In this document: positions 9,001 through 18,192 of the stretch, piece after piece
Layout of the letters: every line of letters begins with the position of its first letter
Position numbering within the stretch: position 1 is the stretch's first letter
Origin: a virus
Lineage: Duplodnaviria; Caudoviricetes
DNA: 47,282 nt
Strand: one strand, 5' to 3'
IMG/VR virus record: IMGVR_UViG_3300010376_000052
Coordinates: 1 to 47,282 of that record
The notes under the pieces: generated by a model
Told to the model about the DNA's origin: nothing
The model's input: only the letters and a program-made list of their open reading frames with translations
Database searches by the model: none
Made by a program: the position numbers and the translations under genes

Positions 9001-9783
9001 CGCATGCTTCGCCAAGTCGTAGAGCTGCGGTCCGAGGCCAACACCCGCAGCCGCTGCCTCAGTACCGATCTGCTGTGCCTTGCCAAGCACGGGGCCGATG
9101 ACAGGAAGCCCCATCGCACTGACGCCGCCCTGCTCGATAGCACCGAATCCCCGTTGCGAGGCTTTTTCCTGCTGCTGTCGCGTGTAGTAGTCCTGCGCCT
9201 GCGAGGCAGTCACGCCCGTGCCGGGACCCCACTTACCCGCTGCGAGGTTCTTCGCCTGCTTGTTGAACTTGTCGATGCCCCATGCCTTGTTCAGCGCCTG
9301 AGCTTCTGGGCCTACCTGCCCTAGCAACGCCTGATGCTGACCCTGAAGAAACGGGTCCACAGCGAGGTGCAGATGCAGACTGGGCGAGGGGTTGGTGATG
9401 AGGTTCTGCACCTGCTTGCTAGCATTATGGAACTCCTGCGGGTTGTTGTCCGTGATGATGGACTTCGCACGCTGCTCGTTCTTGTTCAGCTTGACCTGAC
9501 TCGGCGACGGCAGTGCCTGATGCAGCGCAGGACCAAGATGCTGTAGCGGGGCGAACAACGATCCGAGGCCGCCCATCATGCCAGGCTGTTGTCTCGTCCG
9601 TGCTTGTGCCACAGCTCCCATGTTGATCGGCGGTGCTGGTGATCCGAGGTGGATGTGTGGGACACCGGGCATCGGTGCAGGCAACCCGCGAGCCTGACCC
9701 CCAGGCTGACGAATACCGCCTCTGACACCCTGCCCCACCTTGAGCTTGTTCAGCTGTGGATCGAAGACTTCGCCGACTGGCAT
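6085..9783 (-). CDS. Large internal virion / DNA ejection protein (1232 aa)
   Basis: Size, G/A/Q richness and position at the end of a podovirus-like tail module; coupled to neighbours. Confidence 0.55.
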   Translation of the reverse strand: MPVGEVFDPQLNKLKVGQGVRGGIRQPGGQARGLPAPMPGVPHIHLGSPAPPINMGAVAQARTRQQPGMMGGLGSLFAPLQHLGPALHQALPSPSQVKLNKNEQRAKSIITDNNPQEFHNASKQVQNLITNPSPSLHLHLAVDPFLQGQHQALLGQVGPEAQALNKAWGIDKFNKQAKNLAAGKWGPGTGVTASQAQDYYTRQQQEKASQRGFGAIEQGGVSAMGLPVIGPVLGKAQQIGTEAAAAGVGLGPQLYDLAKHAGLAGARLGQQTSRAMGMKPGGTPIPSQEPYFATVGKGFLHSYGETINHPLRQWQEDPFGLITNVLPVASGGASLALKGGSIADILSAARAGEMTPTEATMAVAKRLTEPHGVRRFMGTGPADKHFNLSGFDSMKYDKGMYADNHFPRMPIYAHTKNPEKSLFGPPGLGHSDMPEGKGMLQASGIRDPQTGQVVKINLHGKGGGLTPDAEKALSDKLMKLANEKLGEANRTDPYAVMPPTAKSALGALIQTRILDPYTVKALMKGVKPTFRAMGRDVEIPNPLTGLAQGRYGKFIRRDLEMKTQMERGAAEVRLAREAGLKGPYPDTAQIPNVDIRNQPHPGEIQRLAYGQGSAKVHADEWHNLYEGGMGWNPHIENNLQDYVAIKKPPPKEDILKNAKAYNSEANISRQWDKTIVQNTHDATAAEQVREAPNEYAFMPKRTWNQMRMKDPSLGMLQKPVNTMDNVTQLVRAGRFLHPGYIAWALQNGILHLSQAGMHVVRNALWVKNEYSKFSATDKALYDNAVGAGHFGGGIARASAGSETTHLGPVKLEQAIPGAKGFTQKAAKFWHAVDDAPFRRMSLAHELHRDGYTTADQVSNLMHNDPAKFRSIARQAQREAIDYSEMSPMERATVQKMFTAWGWTRGATTYTGRFAFQHPIQFGIASQLGQQGHQAVADYYMKHGGGLPPQWLEGYLPMGKGDSPWLGEGGVINPAQTAGELLQMLPAATKGQTESLAGMESPGLGAGLEALTGLTKYGQQLKGNQRLTQPILDLISRFEPYAVGKSLFESKKGGGTFKQGLLPAALQEFGVPVSHLRSAKETGALGVKDFEQMLAKPDEINFRYNRALEQMPQQAKQLGISGNQLSSWRHDLEMVKERDTWQYHYAQAHGANSIRSLPPKNRAEAAVQFLHQYKYISSAEALADQHLINTSTDDTTLTALATAWWDSSGIGAVSNAYKDAVKNTAPPTLTPGR

Positions 9784-11288
9784 TAGGGATTGACTCCAGG
9801 TCCTGTAGCGTTGTGCGGCAGGTGTAGGATCCAGTCGATCAGGTTCTGACGCGACGCCCCACTCTTACCACCGATCTTGCCTGGGAATCCGTGATCACGT
9901 GCCACACCGTACAACTCGCCCATCGACATGGCGTGTAGTGTAGCTCCGTTGTAGTTCATGTTCTTCCCCGGTGACCATCCCTTGAGCCCAGTCTGCGCAC
10001 GGATGAGGTTGACCGTAGCCTTCGCACCGAGCTGCGGGATCGTGCCACGTACCAGGTCGTACAGGCGGTTTGGATCGTGGATAGGTGTCGCTGCCCCACC
10101 CTGGCCACTCATCTGTGCCCACTGCGCGGGCGTCATGGTCTCATGGGCGATCTTGTAGTACTGCCCATTCTTCGGATCGAGGTACGCGCCAGCAACCTTG
10201 CCTACCTTGGCGAGTGCTGCCTGCGGAGTGTTCTTCGGGATGTAGTCGCGGTACGTGCGACTGACGGGCTTGCCTCCGCCCATCGCCGCTTCGACCACAG
10301 AGGCCGCATCCTTCGAGATGGCGTCGGAAACGCGTGCCGCACCGACCTTGGCCATCTGATTCTGATGCTGTGCCCGCTGGACGAACTCAGCCTTCGACAA
10401 CCCCAGCCGCGCAGCCGCGATCTTGTCTGCTTGAGACATGTGCTGGATCTCAGCCTGCGTGCGTGCAGCCGTGATCCTGAGCGCAGTGCCGCGCTGCTGA
10501 AGTGTGATGCCAGCGCGCTTCGCAGCCTGCTGTGACAGCTTCCCACTGAGCTTCGAAGACGCGATCTGCTGCTGCTGAACCTTCCAGTCACGCGCAGCCT
10601 TCTGCTTGTCCAACTGCAGCTGCGTCTGATTCTGCGCGAACGACCTCTCCTGCTGGAGTAGATCGTTGAACGTCTTCCCGACGAGGTCTGACTTCGTGGC
10701 AGCGTTGGCGTCGATCTGGTCCTGGAGCGTCTTGATCTGGTTGTTGTAGTAGCTGTCCGACTTCGCAACGTCCTCAGTGTTGAGCGCGGGGAAGACCTGC
10801 CCAGCGAACTGTTGCGCCTCTGTGGTGTTCGCCAAGCCCGAGCCGAGTGCACCGAGCACGCCAGCACCCTGCTCGCCAGGTAGCGCTGCCATGTACGGCT
10901 CGACGCCCTGAGTGAACTGACCCGCTGACACAGGGCCACCGATCTGCTGCGCGAGTTGCTGTGCCTCAGACGCCTGCTGCTGGTAGAGCTGATTCATGCG
11001 TGTGCCCGCGGCCGCAAACACCTGTTGCGCCATGGTCGCGGCGTTTTCCTGCGCGCCCTGGACAGCCTGAGCGGACTGCTGAACGTACGGCAGGAGCTGA
11101 CCGTACATCTGGTTGATCTCTTGCTCGGCTGCAGTCTTCTGACCTCCAAGGGTTCCGACCTGCGCCTGGAGCGGTGCGTTGGTCGCATTGATCTGCGCCG
11201 CTGCTTCAGACTGCGCGAGAGCCTGAAGCTGATCGACCGTGTACGGTGTGGTGATCGGGTTAGATGCGGTGGGTGCAGCTGCTGACAT
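9783..11288 (-). CDS. Internal virion / ejection protein, Q/A-rich helical
   Basis: Composition, position, overlapping stop/start. Confidence 0.5.
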   Translation of the reverse strand: MSAAAPTASNPITTPYTVDQLQALAQSEAAAQINATNAPLQAQVGTLGGQKTAAEQEINQMYGQLLPYVQQSAQAVQGAQENAATMAQQVFAAAGTRMNQLYQQQASEAQQLAQQIGGPVSAGQFTQGVEPYMAALPGEQGAGVLGALGSGLANTTEAQQFAGQVFPALNTEDVAKSDSYYNNQIKTLQDQIDANAATKSDLVGKTFNDLLQQERSFAQNQTQLQLDKQKAARDWKVQQQQIASSKLSGKLSQQAAKRAGITLQQRGTALRITAARTQAEIQHMSQADKIAAARLGLSKAEFVQRAQHQNQMAKVGAARVSDAISKDAASVVEAAMGGGKPVSRTYRDYIPKNTPQAALAKVGKVAGAYLDPKNGQYYKIAHETMTPAQWAQMSGQGGAATPIHDPNRLYDLVRGTIPQLGAKATVNLIRAQTGLKGWSPGKNMNYNGATLHAMSMGELYGVARDHGFPGKIGGKSGASRQNLIDWILHLPHNATGPGVNP

Positions 11289-12565
11289 CAGACCCCCTGT
11301 GCGATCCGGTCGAGTGCCTCATGCACGGCGGCGTGAACCCAGTTCGGCATGGCGCGCGCCTTGCCCAACATCGCACCCGGGTGGTGCTGCATCCACATGT
11401 TCACGGCGGCGTCGTGCTGGCCCTGAGCCTGAAGCGCAGCAGCTGGCGAAATCGGTGGCGGTTGAATTCCGCGCACGGGCCCGCCCGCGTTGGGATCACC
11501 GGGGTACGCGACACCCGATCCGCCAGGACCGAACCAGTGAATGCCTGGTTGCCCCAAGCGTGCCTGTGCAGTTTGACGCAAGCCTGTGAGCAAGTCGTTC
11601 TCAGGCGGTGTCAGTCCTGAGCGTGGGACCACAGATTCGGGGCCAGCTTCACCGATGACTGCCTGTGTAGGCTGACCGACCTCACCACCACCAGCCATCA
11701 GTATCCCACCCGCCATTGCTGCCTGACCCCCACGCTGGTATGGCAGGAGTGAGTAGATGTTCTTGCTGGACTGCTGCGCTGTGGGCTTAATGATGCTACC
11801 AGGACCGTAGATCGGTTGAGGCGATCCAGCGAGTTGATCCATCTGAGCACCAAGTGACGCTGTAGTCATACCTGCGAGACCATAGGGGTCAGATGCAGAT
11901 GGTGTAGTCGTGTTCCCACCTGACGAGGAACTGCTTGAGGAACTACCGCCAGCGGGCGTGATTGGGTTCTGTGTCGCTGCTGCCGCAGCGCGCGCAGCTG
12001 CTGCTGCGAGAGACGCGTTGTTCTGCGCGGCGTAATCGGAGATGGCTTGCTTCGCCTGCCCGAGGTAGTTCGCCAGGTCCTGCGGTAGCTGGTTCTCGAT
12101 GCTGGCGATATCCGAGACGAATGGCTGCTCAGCCTGCGCCTGCATCTGACCACGCATGCCACTGAACAGGATGCTGTTCTGCTGCGCGTTCTGCGTGTTC
12201 TGCAGGATCGCCTGCTGCCGCGCTGTTTGATCCTGCGCCTCCTTGATCTGCGCAGCTGAGATGAGTGCGCCAGGGATGAACTGCCCAGTCGTCGGGTCGG
12301 TGTACCCCAGCTGCTGAAGCGCTGCACCGTACGCTCGCGCGAGGTCAGCCCGTTGCTGTGCATTCTCCTGGAGGTACTGGGCATCCGTCGCGCTGGCAGG
12401 TGCAGCGGACATCAACGCAGGACCCGCACCGTAAGCCATTGGATCGAACGGCATGGCGTACTGCGAGAAGTCCTCATTCAGTACTGGAGCTGTCAGTGGC
12501 TGTGCACCGCCTGTACCGCTCTGCGTCTGCGGATTGGCGTCAGCGGTTAGATCAAGTGCGCTCAT
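11288..12565 (-). CDS. Internal virion / ejection protein
   Basis: Q/A-rich; contains the short AGGGEV..PT.AVIGEAGPESVVP motif often seen in tape-measure/ejection proteins. Confidence 0.5.
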   Translation of the reverse strand: MSALDLTADANPQTQSGTGGAQPLTAPVLNEDFSQYAMPFDPMAYGAGPALMSAAPASATDAQYLQENAQQRADLARAYGAALQQLGYTDPTTGQFIPGALISAAQIKEAQDQTARQQAILQNTQNAQQNSILFSGMRGQMQAQAEQPFVSDIASIENQLPQDLANYLGQAKQAISDYAAQNNASLAAAAARAAAAATQNPITPAGGSSSSSSSSGGNTTTPSASDPYGLAGMTTASLGAQMDQLAGSPQPIYGPGSIIKPTAQQSSKNIYSLLPYQRGGQAAMAGGILMAGGGEVGQPTQAVIGEAGPESVVPRSGLTPPENDLLTGLRQTAQARLGQPGIHWFGPGGSGVAYPGDPNAGGPVRGIQPPPISPAAALQAQGQHDAAVNMWMQHHPGAMLGKARAMPNWVHAAVHEALDRIAQGV

Positions 12566-12960
12566 GTTGTCTTCACCACCCAATCGAAGTTCAGCCCGCC
12601 CGCAGGAGCGACGACGGCTACGTTGATTACGAACTGATTGTTAGTCTTACCTGTGATCCAGAATGCATCTCCGCCCCACGCCAGAGCAACCTCCTGACTC
12701 ACGGGCGTGACTGCCACAGCGTTCGGGGCACCAAGCGTATGGTTCACGGTCACGGTTGTCTGACCAGCGGGCATGTTCACACTGCCTGCTTGGATCGTCG
12801 CAGCTCCACCGATCGCAGCTATTTGGCTCAGGATCGAGGCGATCTGTCCGTCGTAGATGGAGTTGATGAAGTAGAGCAGCATGGTCCACGTCGTCCAGAC
12901 CTGCTGCTCGGCAGGCGCCTTCCTGGCGGGCCTCTGTGGTAGTACGGTTTGCTTAGCCAT
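12562..12960 (-). CDS. Minor tail protein (beta-rich C-terminal domain)
   Basis: G.VNMPAGQTTVTVNHTLG...F.I...FDWVV pattern; tail module. Confidence 0.5.
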   Translation of the reverse strand: MAKQTVLPQRPARKAPAEQQVWTTWTMLLYFINSIYDGQIASILSQIAAIGGAATIQAGSVNMPAGQTTVTVNHTLGAPNAVAVTPVSQEVALAWGGDAFWITGKTNNQFVINVAVVAPAGGLNFDWVVKTT

Positions 12961-13174
12961 TCAGGAGTTCCCTCAACTTCTGCTTGTCCTCGTCAGACAT
13001 ATCGCCTACCTGAGCAAGTAGCGGGTGCGGCATGTTGTCGTAGTCTGGTGCGTTCTTCTGACGCTCCTTCAGATCTGCGAACTCCTCATCGTTCATGGGT
13101 CGATGCACGAGCATCTCTTCACCTTCATCGTTCTCTTCGTACACGGCTACCTTCGGACGCCTAGCCAAGGCCAT
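12953..13174 (-). CDS. Small protein following fibre 2, possible fibre chaperone
   Basis: Coupled ORF; HRPMNDEE and KLRELL patterns. Confidence 0.45.
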   Translation of the reverse strand: MALARRPKVAVYEENDEGEEMLVHRPMNDEEFADLKERQKNAPDYDNMPHPLLAQVGDMSDEDKQKLRELLNG

Positions 13175-14021
13175 ACACCGTGAATCGACCGGTTGACAGG
13201 TTAGGCCCCGTATTGGGCAGGAAGGTGAGCGTAGTCCACGCAGCGGAAATGTTGGAGAAGTTACCTCCGATGTAGAGGCTCGAGTTAGGCACGCTGTTCA
13301 CACCGAAGCCCACGCAAGTGATGGCCTTGTATACCGATTGGGCGTAGTCGCTGATGAAGACAAAACCGCCTCCTCCGAAGCCCGTGTTCTGGCCGAGGAA
13401 GCCGATCGTCGTCGCCGAAGCGTTGGACGTTGCAGCTGCCGCGATGCTGCTTACCTGAGCAGTAACCTGCTCGCCGTAGTAACCCGTAGTCGCACCGTTC
13501 ACTCGCATCAGCATGGTATCCAAGCCCGCGAGAGTGGAGGTGCACCGCCAGACGACGAGTAGATGCTTGGCAGTCTGCGGTAGTGAAGTTGTCGTGATCG
13601 AGGCGACTGGGAACACGACACCGGCTGCACCGGAATCGTAGAACATGGTGAGTGCCCCACCGCCACCTGCCGATAGCACGGGCCACGATCCATCCCCAGC
13701 GAGGTACTTCGTCGCGTCGTTCGGGAAGCCTGCGAACTTCGACGGCGCAATCGCTGCTGCAGCAGCCACATCTGCATTGACCACAGAGCCTGCGAGGCTC
13801 AGCTTGGAGTACGCGATTGCCGCTCCTGCTGCTATGTCGGCGTTCGCCCACGGGTAGCCTGCGAGTTTCGAGTTCGCCACTCCACCCGCCGCGAGGTTCG
13901 CTCCGTCGATGTTGCCGTTGAGGACGTTCTGAATCGCGGTGAAGTTCGCCAACACCTGAGAGACATCTTGCGGCTGACCTGAGACCAGGCTGCCGGGGTT
14001 GACAATGTTGTAGAGCGTCAC
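13161..14021 (-). CDS. Tail fibre / receptor-binding protein 2
   Basis: N-terminus paralogous to 14332-15240; AI..SKL/F repeats; L.GDGSW motif. Confidence 0.65.
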   Translation of the reverse strand: MTLYNIVNPGSLVSGQPQDVSQVLANFTAIQNVLNGNIDGANLAAGGVANSKLAGYPWANADIAAGAAIAYSKLSLAGSVVNADVAAAAAIAPSKFAGFPNDATKYLAGDGSWPVLSAGGGGALTMFYDSGAAGVVFPVASITTTSLPQTAKHLLVVWRCTSTLAGLDTMLMRVNGATTGYYGEQVTAQVSSIAAAATSNASATTIGFLGQNTGFGGGGFVFISDYAQSVYKAITCVGFGVNSVPNSSLYIGGNFSNISAAWTTLTFLPNTGPNLSTGRFTVYGLG

Positions 14022-14342
14022 TCACTTGACCCCATGAAGCTCCAAGTAAGCACGCACGCTGTCGGCGCAGACAACGTTCACAGCCTCACCCGTTCGACTG
14101 TCGAGCGTAATGCGGAATTCAGGAGCACCTGTGTTCGCCTCCTCAGGAGGTACATACGCGACGTGCAGATGCTCATGCTGACCGAGGAGATCGTGATCTC
14201 TGGTGGGAAGCTCACCCCATTCCTGCTCGTGGTAGCCCGCCTCGATGTGCATGGGCCGCCAGTTCCGCGCGTGAGCGACAAGCAACTTGCCATCGCGGTG
14301 AATCGAATGCTTCTTGGACGGTTTTGGTTTCTTAGCCGACAT
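14022..14342 (-). CDS. Hypothetical protein following fibre 1
   Basis: Fills the gap between the two fibre genes with tight junctions. Confidence 0.5.
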   Translation of the reverse strand: MSAKKPKPSKKHSIHRDGKLLVAHARNWRPMHIEAGYHEQEWGELPTRDHDLLGQHEHLHVAYVPPEEANTGAPEFRITLDSRTGEAVNVVCADSVRAYLELHGVK

Positions 14343-15240
14343 GAGACACCACGATTATCACTCCGTTTCCTCCTGTCGCACCAGCAACTGCGGTCGTAGA
14401 CGTACACACGCCGCCGGTACCGCCACCTCCGTAGTTCGCTGCTGCACCCGACTGGAAGTTTCCTGTCGAAGACGTTGCGGCGTTGAAGTAGTACTGAGCG
14501 AGGACGGAATCTCCGCCGATAGACACGCCATCACCAGCAGCGAACCTCATGCCGTAACCGCCACCTCCAGTCCTGCCGTAGTCACCAGCAGCCGCACTAC
14601 CGCCAGCGGTCACATACTGAATGCCTGCACCGCCACTATTCATGAAGGACGGTGCCGAACCCGTAGGCAGGAGATATGTACCTCCATTGCCACCAGTAGC
14701 CGAGCAAACCACAGTTGTGGCAGTGTCTGCAAAGGTAGTCTGACCGCCAGTGCCACCATTACCACCAGCAGACGACCCAGCAGCACCACCAGCACCAACT
14801 GCCACAGTGTGGGTGCCGATGTTGGTGTTGATGATCTTCGTCGACCAGCCACCGCCACCACCACCAATACCGATCGAGATAGTGTTGGAAGATGCGGAGG
14901 TCGAGTTGTTACCTTTACCCCCGCCGCCAGCAGCCTGGCACTGGATGTCCAACGACGTAGCGCCTGTGGGTGCAGTGTAGCTGACAGTACCCGTAAGGAT
15001 AACCGTCCGCGCTGGAACAACTGTACCCCACGAGCCATCACCCTTGAGCACCTTGGTGGGATCGTTGGGATAGCCTGCGAACTTGCTAGCTTGGATTGCT
15101 GCGGTGGCGCGGATGTTCACGTCGTCGATCCCGCCGTTGAGCACGGTCTGGATCGCCTGGAAGTTGGCGACTACCTGACCAACGTCCTCGGGCTGCCCTG
15201 CCACCATGGAAGACAGGCCCACGATGTTGTAGAGACTCAT
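14332..15240 (-). CDS. Tail fibre / receptor-binding protein 1, glycine-rich domain
   Basis: MSLYNIV start with RBS; YTAPTGAT, AAGGGG, GGNGVIIV glycine-rich phage domain. Confidence 0.7.
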   Translation of the reverse strand: MSLYNIVGLSSMVAGQPEDVGQVVANFQAIQTVLNGGIDDVNIRATAAIQASKFAGYPNDPTKVLKGDGSWGTVVPARTVILTGTVSYTAPTGATSLDIQCQAAGGGGKGNNSTSASSNTISIGIGGGGGGWSTKIINTNIGTHTVAVGAGGAAGSSAGGNGGTGGQTTFADTATTVVCSATGGNGGTYLLPTGSAPSFMNSGGAGIQYVTAGGSAAAGDYGRTGGGGYGMRFAAGDGVSIGGDSVLAQYYFNAATSSTGNFQSGAAANYGGGGTGGVCTSTTAVAGATGGNGVIIVVSHVG

Positions 15241-16805
15241 GTGTTCCTCACTCCCAGTAGCTGGCCATCGAGGATGCACCCCAGGATCGACCACTGACCC
15301 GTCGGTCTCGAGTAGTCACGAGAGCCTACAGGGATAGTCATCGACCCAGCGTTGGGATCGGCGTCGTAGAATACCACAGTGATGAAGCGTCCGTACGCGT
15401 CTGGGTTCACGGTGGTTTCCTTGACATTGGCGTCAGGACCCCAGTTATCAGAGTTCCAGTTGTTGTTATTCCACATGTCCGTGCCCTGCGAGAGGTCCAC
15501 AGATGCGGTTCGGTAGAGCGTGTTCTGGAAGTTTCGCTTGATTGAGACGTTGAACTTACCGCGGCCTAGGATTCGCATACGTCGGACGTACTTCGTCAGC
15601 AGTGGTGCACCAAAGTCGAACGCCGCTGTCTCCAGGATCGCCGTGAACGTTTGTCCATCGTCTTGCCCGATACCATCAGCGAACACCCAGTAGAGCTTGT
15701 TCGCCAACGTCGAGCCGCCGTACAAGCGGACCTTGTCCTGATAGCGATATACTGAGGCGCACGCGACTGGCACCCGATCCACACTCCACGGACCCAGACC
15801 ACGAATACCCAGTGCCGTGAGCTCAGCGAGACGTGGATAGTAATTGATCTGCATGGTCGGGTAGGCTGCACCAATCTCAGCAACACACCACGAGATTACT
15901 TGACCGTAGGTGTAAGCCCACGCAGTCGCTAGGAGGTTGTAGTTGAGAATGTGCGGGTCGAAGATGGGGTCAATCTTGTACGAGATGAGGTCCGCTGGTG
16001 CGTCACCCGCCCACTTCGCCACACCTCGACGAGTGATGTAGTAGATGTCCGACTCGTGCTGGATCACGCCCCAGTGAGATTCAAACCCTTTCTCGTAGTC
16101 GTAGACACGGTTGTAGAACAGCGCGGGGTCGTAGATGATAGTCCCCGTGTTACGCTTGCCCACGATCAGATAAACCCCATCCGACGCGAGCCCACGTACC
16201 ACATCGCCGTCACCATGGCGAATGTCGACCCAGTTCGCTGCAGGCCACGTCTCCGCATCACCAGGGTTACTAGAGTAGATGCGGTCAGGCAATCCGAACA
16301 CACCCGCCACCCACATGGTGTCCTTGTAGAGGCGAATGTACTTACCCTTCGGTGCACTCGGGTACGTGGCGTATGTCGTGCCATCCCACGAGGAGTAGTG
16401 CGTGCCGTCGCAGAAGTAGCACTTGGAGTTGAACGTCTCCCACGCCATGGGCTGACTAATCGAGAAGCCTGACACCACGACAGGCGTCCACACGATGGGG
16501 TTAGCTGTGGGATCGGTGGTGTAGTACACCGCCCCAGCTGAGGTGTGCACCATGAGGTGTGGTGCTACAGCATCGCCACGGTTGAAGACGTAGGTGCTGA
16601 TGATGCGATCACCTGCTGCACCCACAGTGCCCATGTTCTGGCAGCCAGCACGCTTGGAGAAGCCGCCTCTCTCGTCGAAAAGCCCATTCTCCGCTCTACG
16701 AACCTCGACGTTCTCGAGGAGGTTCGGGGCGTCCTGAATGTTGAGGCCCTTCTGGAAGCCCTGGGTTACGACCTCAACTTCTTTTACGTCGGCGACTTGC
16801 GGCAA
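15237..16805 (-). CDS. Tail nozzle / stabilisation protein (P22 gp10 / T7 gp12-like, beta-propeller)
   Basis: F.KGLN start, KRAG, RIYSSNPGDAETW, aromatic beta-rich composition, position after adaptor. Confidence 0.65.
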   Translation of the reverse strand: MPQVADVKEVEVVTQGFQKGLNIQDAPNLLENVEVRRAENGLFDERGGFSKRAGCQNMGTVGAAGDRIISTYVFNRGDAVAPHLMVHTSAGAVYYTTDPTANPIVWTPVVVSGFSISQPMAWETFNSKCYFCDGTHYSSWDGTTYATYPSAPKGKYIRLYKDTMWVAGVFGLPDRIYSSNPGDAETWPAANWVDIRHGDGDVVRGLASDGVYLIVGKRNTGTIIYDPALFYNRVYDYEKGFESHWGVIQHESDIYYITRRGVAKWAGDAPADLISYKIDPIFDPHILNYNLLATAWAYTYGQVISWCVAEIGAAYPTMQINYYPRLAELTALGIRGLGPWSVDRVPVACASVYRYQDKVRLYGGSTLANKLYWVFADGIGQDDGQTFTAILETAAFDFGAPLLTKYVRRMRILGRGKFNVSIKRNFQNTLYRTASVDLSQGTDMWNNNNWNSDNWGPDANVKETTVNPDAYGRFITVVFYDADPNAGSMTIPVGSRDYSRPTGQWSILGCILDGQLLGVRNT

Positions 16806-17064
16806 TTTTCTTCTCGATCTTCTCCCGCTCTTCGACGGGGATGTAGGAGTCCTGATCCATGACGATCATGTCCGCGATGTGAGTCTCGTTCTCCAAGCTA
16901 TCGTGGCCTGTGGTATCGACCATCTCATCCACGAGACCCAACTTCTTGACCTCCTGGCGTATGTACGCCTCGAGCGTCTTGCCCTTTGGGTTTTCCTTCC
17001 ACGCCTCGACCCACGCAGTCACGTTTTGGCGGTCGACGGATATCTCGTTAGCTGCTACAGCCAT
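16774..17064 (-). CDS. Hypothetical protein
   Basis: ORF overlapping both neighbours. Confidence 0.5.
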   Translation of the reverse strand: MAVAANEISVDRQNVTAWVEAWKENPKGKTLEAYIRQEVKKLGLVDEMVDTTGHDSLENETHIADMIVMDQDSYIPVEEREKIEKKIAASRRRKRS

Positions 17065-17726
17065 TGGTTGTCCGGGACTACCCGCTCCTGTTGTTCCTCC
17101 ATGGTCCACACATCGTCCTGCAGCATGTCCATGATGGCCTCGTCTACGCGTGCCTGCGCCTCAGCCGCGAGCTGCAACTCGTGGGCGCGACGGTGACAGC
17201 GGACTAGCGCTGCATCGAGGATCACTTCGTCGAGGATCTGTGGTGTGGCGGGCGTGTCTGTGAGCGCGACCAAGTCTGCGAGGTAGTTCTTGAAGTAGAT
17301 CACGACCTGGTACGTGGTCTGTGCAGGCGCAAGCAAATAGATCTGCTCGTTGAAGACGTAGTACCAACTCGGGTTGGTGGATCGGTTCGCTGGATCGGTC
17401 AGGTCGAGGGGAAGCCACTTCCGCTCGAACGCGTCCTGCCGCATCACGATCAGCTTCTTCCGGTACGGATTCGTGAGAACGTAGCATCCGACTACGTTGT
17501 CAGCACCCAACGGTGTCGCACCTGCGAGCGCGATAGGTGGATCACCGGGGTTGACCGTGAACGTCTTGCTGTACTCCTCCCACGACCATGGGTACTTGCG
17601 AGCGATGTAGCGATACGCGAGGTTGATCATCTGCGACCGCTCCACAGGCTGGAACCCATCGAACCCACGCGCTACGAGTGCAGCGTCGTAGTCCTGGAAC
17701 TGTAGCTGTCCGCTAGCGCTTGGCAC
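17055..17726 (-). CDS. Head-to-tail adaptor
   Basis: INLAY..I....PW, P..YYV...IYL..P, LVALTDTP..P pattern; position after capsid. Confidence 0.65.
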   Translation of the reverse strand: MPSASGQLQFQDYDAALVARGFDGFQPVERSQMINLAYRYIARKYPWSWEEYSKTFTVNPGDPPIALAGATPLGADNVVGCYVLTNPYRKKLIVMRQDAFERKWLPLDLTDPANRSTNPSWYYVFNEQIYLLAPAQTTYQVVIYFKNYLADLVALTDTPATPQILDEVILDAALVRCHRRAHELQLAAEAQARVDEAIMDMLQDDVWTMEEQQERVVPDNQWL

Positions 17727-18165
17727 GCTGAGTCCTTCCCTTGTTCAGTCCGACAGTCAGCGGGAGTGATTCACCGCGGCCCTCCCGCTTCAGTGCGTAG
17801 GCCATCTCCTCCGCAACTTCGCGCAACTGCTCCTTGCTATGCTCGTCCTTCGCTTCCTGAAGCGAGTCGTGAGCCTGTTCCGCTTCGTCGTAGGGGTCGA
17901 TGTACGCACGGCCGTGACTGTCGGATCTTAGGAGACGCTCTAGAGCGCGAGGATCAAGCTCGACGCATGTGAACACGAGTCGATCAGTGCCGTCCTCACA
18001 ATGCTCTACGAACGCGTATGGCTCTGGTGAGTCGGGCAGCAGCTCGATCGTGATCCGCCGCCCGTACTGTTCGCGGACTTGGCGGACGATGGATAGCACA
18101 TCGTCTTCGAGCTCGATGACACCGTGTTCGTGGTTGTACCAAGCCTTCATCGGCAGCATTTCCAT
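17713..18165 (-). CDS. Hypothetical protein (head module)
   Basis: RBS GAGG, coupled to adaptor gene. Confidence 0.6.
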   Translation of the reverse strand: MEMLPMKAWYNHEHGVIELEDDVLSIVRQVREQYGRRITIELLPDSPEPYAFVEHCEDGTDRLVFTCVELDPRALERLLRSDSHGRAYIDPYDEAEQAHDSLQEAKDEHSKEQLREVAEEMAYALKREGRGESLPLTVGLNKGRTQRAKR

Positions 18166-18192
18166 CGTCCGCCTCCTATCCCGGAGAGTGGC

